Below the pieces are notes generated by a model. It made no database searches, was not told the DNA's origin, and saw only the letters and a program-made list of their open reading frames with translations. The position numbers and the translations under genes were made by a program. 64,000 bases of DNA from Aplysia californica (taxonomy: Eukaryota). This document shows, in pieces, positions 34,375 through 46,400 of the stretch. How positions within the stretch are numbered: position 1 is the stretch's first letter; the number at the start of each line of letters is the position of its first letter. The stretch covers positions 188,659 through 252,658 of the forward strand of contig NW_004797721.1 of assembly GCF_000002075.1 (NCBI RefSeq), written 5' to 3'.

Positions 34375-37300
34375 TGTTGTCTCTGTGCATTTATGTCCAG
34401 TTTCATTCCAGTCCACTTGAAAAATAGTTATATTATAGCATAGCGTTTCCCTTGAATTACACACTATTCCCACTGACTAGTATCTGATCTAATACCAACC
34501 CAATTGATCAATAAAAACTTCAGACTGACTGACTCTCAGGCTGCCCAGGTTGTCAGGCCAGGAGTCAAGAGTTGGAGATCTCTGAGAATTCAACATAGAA
34601 ATCAGTTAATATAAGATCTAATTCCCATCGAAGCTTGACTTCAAATACCTTTTGTAGGTAAATTGGAAGAAGACAAAAAGAGAAGGGGCCTCATTGAACA
34701 TTAGCAGACCACCACTAGATCTACTCAGGTAGAAAAGGGAGGTGGGGGGTGTAGATAGGGGGGTGCAGGAAGTTCACCCCCTGGCTAAAGTCAGAAAAAT
34801 AATAGATAGAGATCTAGATAGGCCTTGTTTGCCATAGTTTTTAGTGCCAAAAAAAGTATGGCCAGCTCTATTCAGACTCGAGTGCGAATATAATTTATTC
34901 AGACTTGAGTCCGATATGGGTTTTATCTATCTCTATCAATTCGGACTCGGGTCCGAAAAAAAAATGTTTTATTTTTTCGGACTCAGCTTCTGAGTGACTC
35001 TTGTGAGTGTAAGGAGGTTACATAATATTATAACAGTCGTCGGGGGGATTTTACGTAAAACCAGAATTAGAACTAGAATTGCCTCTATACTAGGATTGTG
35101 TAATTGTTGTCAAAAGTACTCCACTCTCATTAGATCTACCCAATGGTAGTGTTATAAGTACACGGTAACCGACTACTCAGGGTCCTTCCATCACCACTAC
35201 AGCATCATCATTACTTCCTCCGCCGATTGTCTTTCCTATATTAATTTCATTTTATTGTGTGTTATAGTTTTTCTGTAATGTTCTTTTCTTTTATCACAAA
35301 CATCGCACAAAACCCACAGCTGTGGACTCTTCCCCCAGTAAGCCGAGAGTGCGAGATTGCTATGCGCAGTCTCATTGGTCGACATTAACTTTGCCCCCGG
35401 CAAGGTCAGCTCAACTTAATCGTTCTGTTCATAGATCTACCAATGATGCAGGGAGGGCCAGTTTAGATCTATATATCTAGTAACTGGATAATATACACAC
35501 GTCTCGACTGTTTTCAACATTATAATAGAACAAATTTCGTAAATGCTGGAAATATTTAGATCTAGGAACAAACGTCGGAAGTCGGAACGGACAACATGCA
35601 GGAATCAATTCAGAGTCCGAGAATATAATTTTTTTCTATTTGGGCTCGAAACTTAGAAAAAGTATTCCTGGCAGTGGCAGGTGGTCTGCTATTCTTCAAT
35701 TTTACCAGAGAAGGGAACAAACTGAAAGGCCTTTAAAAACAAAAGTCTATACTGAACATCACTGGAACAGACTAGATCTAGATCTAATCTAGATCTTGAT
35801 CTAGCCTAGAACGCACTGACAACTTGAACCTCTGCACACTTGTAATCGAAATTCTGCCGTCCTCAGAACCAGCCCCAGGCCAGAGATGCATAAAGTGTGT
35901 TTCTAGATTCTAGTCTCAGAGCATTAAAATAGCCTTTGCGTAACCATATATGACCTTTGTTTATTTTGCTCTGCTTCAAACTGAAAGCGCTCTGTTCGGT
36001 GATGACAATGATATAGCAATAGCATTTTCCAGAATGCTACCTGGTTTAGGCTAGTTCTTCAGATCTAGAAGAATCATTCAGTTTTGAAGGGGGAAGGGGG
36101 TTTCCCATCAAGGATCAATTCAATACACAGAACACATAGAATCTCTAGAAAATCTAACCAGGACATTAATTTTAGAAACAAGTAGATCTAGATCTAGCTG
36201 GCAATGAAAACTTGTTTCAATTTCGTTGGTTAAAGCACAACCATTGTATTCCCATTGAAAGCACACTGGGTTGTAAACAAAGTGCCATCCTGTTTTGAAT
36301 GATATGACGGATTTTTTTCGCACGAACTTGGTTTTGTCTTAGTATAGATTTCTATTTTTTAAAGTTTGTTATGTCCCTTTGGGGAACTGGTGCAATCGAG
36401 TCAGACTTTTTTTGTGTGCTAAATTAACAGTTCTCAATGAGCTTATTTAATATTTTATCTCTCCGGTGAGTCGTTTGTTTGTAGAAAAAGCCTTTTGTAT
36501 TGCAAAGATATTTTGGGTTTCATTAACCAAATTTTAAAAACTACTATCCTGAAAGACTTTACAGCTCTGTCTTTTCTTTTCATAAACTTGAGAGCATTGA
36601 AATGACAAGCTGGCAATACTCCGCAGCTTGACTTGACAACACAATTAGCCCAGGCTAGACCTTGCCCTGTCGAATAAAATTATTAGGGCCTATAATATTT
36701 CTGCCCAACCTTTTTTATGTTTCTTTTTCAAATAATAAAAAAGAACAAGAAGGCATTCCATTAAACAACAACAATCGCTATCTGTCCCCCCATGTGTGTA
36801 CCAAGCAGCCGAAAAGAGATCTATGTGCAATGAATGATTTATCATTGTTTTAGTTTTAGTTAGGTGTGTAGACTATGCGGTGCGCGCAGTAGTGGGGGGG
36901 GGGTGCAATTTGAGTATTTTGCGGGGGTCAGTTGAAATGCAAAGCACATGTAGATAAAATTAATGTTGATTGCTTATGAATCAAAAGGATCGACATTATG
37001 CTTGTTTGTTTTGGTAAGAGCTTTACTGCGCATAAGGTCATATGAGCTCGCGAATGAGTGGCGTTGCATTCACAATTATAGCTATAGGCTATATAGCTAT
37101 ATATACATTGCAGTTCGCAGCACGCGTTTGATTCTGGTCAATATTTCGATGTAAAATGTTAAAATTCGTGGTTAAAGAATCGATATTACAGTAGTCTTCG
37201 CCTAAACGCACGGTGCTCGGGAGGGCTCCTTATCGTGTGTTTACACGTGGAGCGTGCGTTTACATGAACCTTTGCAAAGCTGTCCCCTGGTTTTATGCAC

Positions 37301-37454
37301 CCTGCCTAACCTAATTTAGCAAAATTAGATCATTTTTGTGCTTAATTTCTGATTATTTTCCTTTATCATACTTTGTTTTTTTTAAATCAGAATCGCTTAA
37401 TTTCACATGATTGGGGCTCAGTTTGCATAATTTCATAATTTTTCTGGCTTAAAG

Positions 37455-37870
37455 CCGATTTTAGACCACCAAGGGATCTTTAACGTGCGCAAACTTGCAC
37501 ACGAGCCCTCCGAGATTTTTCACCCTTGTCCGAAAAGGCTAGGTGCAGATCTTTAATTCCTACCAGAAGATCAGGGTGGCTGAAAACAGCAGTTAAGCAG
37601 GAACCAAGGAGTAACAGTAGAATATTATTAAGGCTGCAGAAAGAGCCTATAGTCAGGAGCCCAGCGGAGGGGGCAAAAGGAGGTGAGGGGGTGGTGGCAG
37701 AAAGAGAAGTCGTAAGTAGACGACATAACATAATTTGCTGGAGAGCAGGAAAGGAGATGAAAGCAGGAGGCAACGATTTTAGAGAATAAAATGTTTCGGT
37801 CGCTAGCCGGATTCGAACCCAGGACCTTTGAATGAGAGGCCAACTCCATAATATCTTCACAAGAGCCATC
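37455..37870 (-). mobile_element. tRNA-derived SINE with Deu/Nin-like 3' domain
   Basis: Minus-strand tRNA-like head with B box GGTTCGAATCC; 3' part TTTTCGGAC...GCACGTTAAAGATCCC resembles the Deu/Nin domain (from recall). Confidence 0.72.
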
Positions 37871-38603
37871 TATATAATATATAGATTTCAAAGAAAAAAA
37901 ATATATAAACACCCTTTAACCCTCTTCCTTATTTTTAGCCATACCGACCTTATAACGACCTTCCCGTCATAATGTTACCATTCAGCCTTTTACCGACCTG
38001 ACACACCCGCCTTTAGTGAAGCTTAGAAATAAAAACATTCAACTTTAAAAGTACATGTAGTTGCTGGTGTAGGTCTTTAATTGTAGGCCCCACGTGAAAT
38101 TTCATTGAAAAACGTCGCTTAGATCATAAGCAAAAGCGATTTCTTTGCAACACCCTCTGAACCTCTGAAAAACCCAATCGGTTATTTTTCTGGGAAGCCA
38201 TCAGCTCTGGCGGTCTCCATAATGTTTGGTTCTGCTGTCCTGACCTGCAAAATTTCACACAAGGCGTGTGTTATGTCAACTGAGCTCTAGTCAGCTGTGG
38301 TCACGAAATTAAAATCAGGCGGATATCGAGATTAAAACTTTCTTGAGNNNNNNNNNNNNNNNNNNNNNNNNNNNNNNNNNNNNNNNNNNNNNNNNNNNNN
38401 NNNNNNNNNNNNNNNNNNNNNNNNNNNNNNNNNNNNNNNNNNNNNNNNNNNNNNNNNNNNNNNNNNNNNNNNNNNNNNNNNNNNNNNNNNNNNNNNNNNN
38501 NNNNNNNNNNNNNNNNNNNNNNNNNNNNNNNNNNNNNNNNNNNNNNNNNNNNNNNNNNNNNNNNNNNNNNNNNNNNNNNNNNNNNNNNNNNNNNNNNNNN
38601 NNC

Positions 38604-38626
38604 AGAAGGCAGGCAGGCAGACATGA

Positions 38627-38705
<79 letters not shown>
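38604..38705. repeat. (CAGA)n microsatellite next to an assembly gap
   Basis: Direct inspection. Confidence 0.95.
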
Positions 38706-39476
38706 GGGGGAGTAATAGAGACAGACAGAGAGAAGAAGAATATGAGTGGTAGGTAGAGCGTGCGTGAAGATAGGGAGGGATGGAGTTATATCAACACTGC
38801 TGACAATAATAAGCACAATAAGAGACAGGTTGAATGATAAATGTAATTGGTGAAATTATGTAAAAATATGTACATGTATTTATTCTTCTCGCGTATCGCT
38901 CTTCCTTTGTAGATCTAAGAAACAGGAGCTCGGGCCAATTGACAATTTAAAAAAATAAAAAATTATGGAAGCCGTTTGCTCTCTGTCGGGGAAAAAAGCT
39001 GAATTGGCCGCAAGGCTGACGTCACCATTGAGCAGGCAGTATAATAACTATAAGGCATCGCGTAGTCTCTCAGGGCGCCTTCAAATCGGAAGAGTGATTT
39101 TTGAACGATAAGAAGCATTAACATTTCACATTCACTTGAATTTCAATTTGGTTGAAAGGAGAGTGTAATAGATCAAAATATTTTTTTTTTCATCTCGTGC
39201 CACCCTTGTCGTGATACGGTACGTATTTAAGTGCCAGGGAAACGTTTGACCCCCTCCGGCCGGCCAGTGCAAGCGTGTGTTTGTGTAATTTCTACCTCTC
39301 TGACTCGCTACTCTCTCTCTATAGGCTACGTCCTAGGCGATCATAAATCAGGCAGCGCAGCCCAAGAACTACACACCTTGCTTGTGGGCTGACACACCGG
39401 CCGCTCAGGCTTCGGCCCACAGCAAGCAGTGACCTTCGTAATGATAATAATGATTACAACGGCCACGGCTAGGCGG

Positions 39477-39482
39477 TCTCTT

Positions 39483-39566
<84 letters not shown>
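39477..39566. repeat. (CT)n microsatellite
   Basis: Direct inspection. Confidence 0.95.
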
Positions 39567-39569
<3 letters not shown>

Positions 39570-39678
39570 GGTTTAGCTTCCCTGTGTTTGTGTTCAAACT
39601 AACGGACATGTAAAAAATTATTCTAGACAGACAAAAGCGATGGAAAGACAGAAAGTTGACTTGAGTTGAGTTAGAGTT

Positions 39679-39867
39679 TTACGGAAATGGAGGGCACACA
39701 CTGATATGTTTTGACACCTTTTCATAGGATAAAATGTTTGGTAAGCTAGCAGTCCATGCCCGACATTCTGTTTCATCCGAAGGAAATCCATACAAGGTCA
39801 CTTTTTCTGCACCTTTCTGACTGTCATAGCCAGTTTTGCATCCACCAACTGAGCATTTTCTTCCCAT
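39679..39867 (-). pseudogene. THAP zinc-finger domain ORF, truncated by a frameshift; probably transposon-derived
   Basis: MGRKCSVGGCKTGY...YGFP....CRAW...SVC; the expected HF is present in another frame (TGC CCT C CAT TTC). Confidence 0.75.
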
Positions 39868-40961
39868 TGTTGTTCTTATTCCTTTAGTTTATTTTGAAGG
39901 TGTCAGTCACAGTCCAACAGAGTCATAACCACACATGATGAAAGCAATAAATAGGCCTAGAAGAGAAGCATGTAAGCACTGTGAAAGAACAGCAGATATT
40001 AAACAAAGCAGGTCGGGAAAAACACAAAGGAGCTCCCCCATAATTATGATCCGTATACTTTTCCCTACCTAACAAGGGTGGGCCCCTAGACGCTCAGAGT
40101 CTAGATATATAGATTTATATCTACATGGTCCTTTTAGTCTATTGTTTGTGTTACAAACTAATCTAAATCTAAAAGCAGATCTAGGGATAGGATGGAGAGT
40201 TCGTTTTTAGTGGTTGTATGCATAGAGAGGCTCTAAGTCAGTGAAGAGTGCGGATCAGAAGGGGGGGCCTCCACTGTGTAGACATGGATTTTAGAATGGA
40301 TTTAGACAGATATGAATTAAACGTGCACGGTCAAAACTTCACTGTAGGTTTAATCTAAACACGTACACTGATGGAAGAGATATTTGATATTCACACAATC
40401 CAGATGATTTGGAAAAAAAAACTGCATTAGGCCTCAACTAAAAGAATCCAGGCATTCACTGAGTACGATGGCGATGAAGAATCTGAAAATGAACAGTAGG
40501 CCTACAGTGCAGCCAAACACCACTTCAAATTTGCGATCTCAAGACTGCTGGTCAATCTTAATTAATTAATTAATTAGTCACCACTTCTGTTCCTCAACAC
40601 ACACAATGATGTAGAAAATATTCACATAATCCAGATGACTTGAAAAGCAAACTGCATTAGGCAGAAATAATCCAGTGTCAAAGCATGAGAAAACAACAAT
40701 TCAAACTGACCGCCGCACCCTGCGTAGGCTTATCACTACTAATGATCTACAAGGTTGTGGGCTTACTACACGGGTGTGTAAGCCCACAAGGAATCTAGGT
40801 CAGTAGCGCGCAGGTGGCCTGATTATATGACCGTCTAGGCTACGTCTCATTCTATCTAGCTCCTCTACTGTTTGTCAGTCTGTCCAGTGTGTTTGTCTCT
40901 ATCTATCACGCTCCTTCAAACAAACAAAAAAATGAAAATAAAAATAAAAACCACATATAAC

Positions 40962-42538
40962 CAGAGCTGTTAAAGTACTTTTAAAAAGGTACTTAATTAC
41001 AAATTTAAGTACAATATAAAATTTATACTTAAGTACAGTAAAAGTACTTTCCTGTAAAATGTACTTGAGTACAAGAACTTTTTAAAAAAGTACTTATGAG
41101 TACATTTTGAGTACTTTCTGCTAATGTGCTAAAACACTTCAGTGCTAATGCAAACCATCATATTGAATAGATCTAACATATCTAGTATATTTGACAAATG
41201 GGGCCATTTATTTCTAATAATGTAAAGGGTATACAAAGCATTTGAGTATACGCACTGAACGTAGGTGGAAATGGTCCGTGAAATTGACATTAACAAATCC
41301 TCAAGGAATCAAGGTAGCCTTAAGCACAAAACACAAAAAAGGGAAAAAAGAAATATAGGTAACCTAAAAATTTGTTAGATTGATATACATTGAGAACTCA
41401 GTTTTAGTTTCAATTGATTATAATAGTGGTTAGACATATTTTGTTCACACTGTGTAGTCCACGGAGCCCACGGCAAACCAAAATAGGCCAACATGCAATT
41501 TCCTAGAGTCTAGTAAGTGTAGTGTAACCAAAAATTCTCTACTACAGTAGTCTCCGCCTAAGATCCCAGTGCTCGGGAGCAAGGGAAAGACGGGATCTTA
41601 GCTGACGAAGCCAAGGAAGAATCTACAGTGACCCATGAACTGACGTGACCCCTGGGTAGGTTTATGAGATATTATGGTAAGCAAAGAGTGGTCAACCTTG
41701 ATGACCAATTACGGTAGCATGGTGGCATGAGTCTTGCTATAATTTTATACCGTACACTCATTAGCATATCGTCTCGAGATCTTTATCTACGTCACAGAAT
41801 TCTACAGTGTAGAATCTGTGATCTACGTTTATCCAGCTGCCCCTCCCCTTAATTACCTGTCCAACAATTTGTAGCCTTCCATCTGAGTCCCCCCGCCTTT
41901 AAATTTGTCGTTACGTACCATTACGCTGTGACCACGCCAATTAAAATTCAGGCTGTCTCGCAAATTCGGGAAGAGTGAAAAACTGCCTTCAACTTCAATG
42001 GTCAGGGAAGAGTTTACAGTTCGATGTGATCCTGCCTGGAGCGAACTTGTAGGCCCTATCCCACCCAGCGAGTGATGGAAGTTCAGGTGGCGAGCTCAGA
42101 TGCGAGTGCGATGTTTAGGGAAAAGAAACGCCCATCGGTCAGTTCACACTTCGGTGTGATCCCGTCTGGGAATCATTACCGCTTCATAGAGTTTTACAAC
42201 GCTTGTGATCACATTCACGAGAGTGGCTGATCTTTGACGCGACGCGCAGTTCTTTAATCTCAACTTTTAACTCTTGGTTGATTGGCTGTGCCCGCCCGGA
42301 TGTTTGTTCCGTAAATTATGATCAGAAATGCCGGCACTTATTCTTTCATTAAGCTTCAAAAGTACTCAAAATGTACTTTACAAATACTCAAAAGTACTTT
42401 TATAAAAAGTATCGGAGTACAGTTAAAATACTGGTTCTCAAAATGTGCCGGAGTACAGTAAAAGTACCGAAAATTGTAACGTAAGTACAAGTACCGGAGT
42501 ACTTGTACTCCGTTATAAAATAATTACAACCAGCTCCG
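40962..42538. mobile_element. hAT-type MITE with AAGTAC subterminal repeats
   Basis: TIR CAGAGCTG / CGGAGCTG; 8-bp TSD CATATAAC / CATATAAT; AAGTACTT arrays at both ends. Confidence 0.72.
41545..42340. mobile_element. Second, 3'-truncated copy of the CAGTAGTCTCCGCC MITE, nested in the hAT MITE
   Basis: Same left TIR as 13770 and colinear internal sequence. Confidence 0.9.
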
Positions 42539-42708
42539 CATATAATTACAACCAGCAGTGNNNNNNNNNNNNNNNNNNNNNNNNNNNNNNNNNNNNNNNN
42601 NNNNNNNNNNNNNNNNNNNNNNNNNNNNNNNNNNNNNNNNNNNNNNNNNNNNNNNNNNNNNNNNNNNNNNNNNNNNNNNNNNNNNNNNNNNNNNNNNNNN
42701 NNNNNNNN

Positions 42709-42721
42709 ACACACACACACG

Positions 42722-42794
<73 letters not shown>

Positions 42795-42923
42795 CACACA
42801 AACAAACGAACGCATATAAGATGGTCGTCGAAGAAGCAGGATAATTTAATTCAAAAGAAAACAATACTACAACAACAGAAACAACAACAGCAACAACATA
42901 TTATGACAATTACAGCTACAGCT

Positions 42924-42968
<45 letters not shown>

Positions 42969-42991
42969 GCAACAACAACAACAACAACAAC
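42709..42991. repeat. (CA)n and (CAA)n microsatellites
   Basis: Direct inspection. Confidence 0.95.
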
Positions 42992-43344
42992 GTGAGGTAG
43001 GCCAAGAATCTAAATATTGCATCGACTCCGGGGGAAAAATTAAACAAAATATCTGTCTACGAAAGAAATAAGACTACCTGACATTTTTTTTTAACGTCTG
43101 TTGATGGATAAGGTAATTTAAAGAAAAATGAAACAAACCCCATCAAAAGTTCCAACGTAGACATATTTTGAATATTAATTTCGAAATAACTTTCCAATCC
43201 AAGTTATAAATGTTCTGGCCAATGAGATCTCTCAAAATATGGACGCTTGTTATTGTTTCGTCTTGGACTGTTGTGTATGGGGGCTATGATCTGAAGCTAT
43301 AGTCACTCCCCAAGTGAAGGCAAGCTCGCTCCTACTAGTTCCAA

Positions 43345-43418
43345 ATGAGCTTCCTGAGTCCGGCCCCTGCTGAACCACAGCAGAACTTGCTGTTTGTTAA
43401 TTTTAATCAAGATTCGTC
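43345..43418 (+). CDS. WIPI2: WIPI2 coding exon 1 ([24 protein letters not shown])
   Basis: ATG at 43345, TC|GTAAGT donor. Confidence 0.9.
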
Positions 43419-46400
43419 GTAAGTATTTGCATCTTTGACAAGGCAAAATTCACTGCCTGACCATAACAGCCATTTTTGTGGATGATGTCATATCAACAAT
43501 GAAAAATCGTCCACGGTCTTTATTGGCACAAACGCTTTATTCACTTTGTTTCTGTTTCTTTGTCAGGTCTCTACAGACAGGATCCAAGCATGGCTTCAAA
43601 CTCTATCCTCTCAATTCAGTTGACACCCTGGAGTTCACACATGAAAATAATGGTAAGGGAGAGTTAAAATTTCTCAGTTTTCTAGAGTCTAGAGTCTAGA
43701 TCTAGATATATCTAGATCTAGATCTAGTTGACTAGTTGTGACTGACTGCCTGCCTGCAGCCTGAACCTGAGTTCATCAGTCCAGTCCAGTCAGTCCATCC
43801 CAATAATCTTGCCCTTCTGTGGGATCCAATAAATTTAGTGCCAGTTGAATCGTATGACAAACATTTTATTCATAGAACCTGGTCTCGTTTAGCCTGATTT
43901 TGTATTGATGTCAAGGTCATCCAGGCGTTGAAATATTATATAATATGTTTAAGTTTTTATAAAAAATGACTGATGAGGCTGGGGGGGAGGGGGAATTCTT
44001 TGACAGACTCTCACCTTCTTTAAATTCTTCCCATTCCTTCCCTGGCGTAGCCTGCTGATGCCTGATGCTGAAGCTCCTAAACTCACAAAAGCCTTCTCCC
44101 TGTTACTGTTGTGTCGCTGCAAATTTTGATGTTTAGGCCTATTTCTGACCAAAATGTTCAGACTCAGAACGAGAGAATGAAGATTTTTTACATGACATAG
44201 ACTTCAACAAAAGGTAAGGACCACCTTGACAGACAGCCCTGATTTTTAAAAAATAAAATTTTTAAAGACAGCAGGGAATGTTTCAAATTTTTTTTGCTCT
44301 GAAAGTGTTAATGGGTTACCACAATGCATGTGCAATGCTTCCAAAAGGGGCAAAACCATCACAATCACATGCTGCACGGAAATCCTCGCGGGAATTTTAG
44401 CCAAATTTGCTGCTTTTTATCGACTTCTGTGCGACACTACGGACATTCCTCGGTTAAAATTTTTGGTGCACGTCATAAACGGACAATATGGTCTCAAATT
44501 GTGCTCACTTTGGTGGCAATATTTAAGCCGCCGTTTGCGCAAAATCCAGTATTGCATCAACGTGCCACCAAGACGAAAGCTGAGAGACTTTGATCGTGCC
44601 AGAGCTATGGCATGGGTGCAGGATGGAGTTGGAGCCTGAGAAGTTGCCAGAAGGCTTGCAGTATCACACTCTCGTAGTGTCAGCCTGAGGCAACGCCATA
44701 GAGCCACTAGATCAGTCCAAGAATGCTCACGTGCAGGTCGACCCAAGAAGACCACTAGAGTGTTTGCAAGTGGTCCTTAACTTTTGTTGAAGTCTGTACA
44801 ACAGGCAAGCAGACAGACCTTCCTAGTACTCCAATAAAATTAGTTCTCTGGGGGAAGGGGGGGGGGGGTTCTTCATCGAAGAACCCGCAAAGATAAAAAG
44901 TTGGATTATTTTCTTGAACTCCTTTTCCATTATTTAGATTGTTGAATTATCAATTGGTGATCATAATGATGTGAAAATACTGTATTTTATAATTTTTTTG
45001 GCCCTATTTTTGTACTGTATTAAATTGACATTGACTTTGACAAATGACTATATATATATATCTATTATCTATTTGTCGTGGCCGAATTTTGCTATTCAAA
45101 AGGCTTTTGAATGGGTGCATTGATCGACATGCGGTTTTTGCCAAAAGATTCTTTAAAATATTCTCCAGATCATGACGCCTTTCGTTTTTTCAGTTTTGAG
45201 ACAGTTTTGCTTCTAAAAGTTAAATTTCTTTATTTCGCCGATCTGTTTTGTAGGCCGACCCTTCTGTCTCTGTAATTTGAGAAAATTCGCCAGGTTTGTT
45301 TATTTCAAGTCATACTTCCGTTTGATACAATCGCGCATTGTCGCGCAATACTGAGCACTATTTTAAGTGTGCGACCGGTATAGATCTGGCCTCATGTTTT
45401 CTTTTTTTACTTGGTGCTAAGTTCGACTGTGATCCTTTCATTTGATGCCCATCCTCGTTTATCCTGGACTCCTTTGTCAGATTCTTTTTCTTGCTACTGG
45501 GAACAATCAACACGCAAGTCAATATGCAACGACTTTCAGTTGATGTCAATGCACCGATCAGTCCTTTCATCGAAAAGGGGCCCAGCTGGTATAATATGTG
45601 TGTATTGCAAGTATGGTATACTATATCTATTTACAGTCCTCAGTTGGTTCACAATGTAACCGACTGGAGCTCTGGAGATTCTTAATTTTTTTTCAGAACT
45701 CTGAAAATATGGGAGGATTTGGAAGAATTTCTCCAATTTTTTAGTCATTGAGTGGTTGGCAGATCTGAATGAAATTTGTAATAAATGAGAAAAAGGAAAA
45801 TGATTGGAGACAAAAAGGGATTTTTTACATTTCCTTGGCTTGTTCTGTAGAAAATGACCAGGAAGGTCTCCAAAATCCATCTTGTAGTGTAGTACTGTAG
45901 TAGTATAGTCATTTGTGAAGCGTGCTGACAAAATGAGTTACTTGTGGGATTCAAGCCTGAAGAAAATAGATACATCACGCTTATATGTGCATTTGTACAA
46001 TTTATAAGTGTGAGATAATAAAAGACAGGTTATAGTTAAAGAATATAGCATCAATAGAAAATCTTCAAATTTGACCCTTGTGTCGATTTTTGGTCAATAT
46101 CTCCATTTTTGTGATAGCGAGAAGTAACTCATTTTGTCAGCCCGCCTCACATTTGTAAACAGGCAGAGAAATTGTCTTGATATTTCTCAGAAATTAAATA
46201 CTTTAAAAACTTTTGGTGACAAAAATTGATCGGTAAATGTTCACTTCATGTTCGCACTTCTCTCCTACTTTCAGGTCCTCAGATCTTCTCTGCCCCATAA
46301 TTAATAATAATCTTGATCTTTCATCCTCTTTTAGAAGAAATGATTCTAGAATGATCTAGTCATTCCTTTTCTCATTCTCTTAATATCTTTTGGTTGGTCC

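Noticed and set aside
34416-34473. N-terminal extension of ORF 34120..34473
   Set aside because: It starts at a non-ATG codon upstream of a likely acceptor; RCC1 similarity begins at the ATG at 34374.
37795-37870. tRNA gene
   Set aside because: B box present but no complete cloverleaf; continuous with a SINE body that has a second copy.
30169-42995. ORFs containing X runs or dipeptide repeats
   Set aside because: Artefacts of N gaps and microsatellites.
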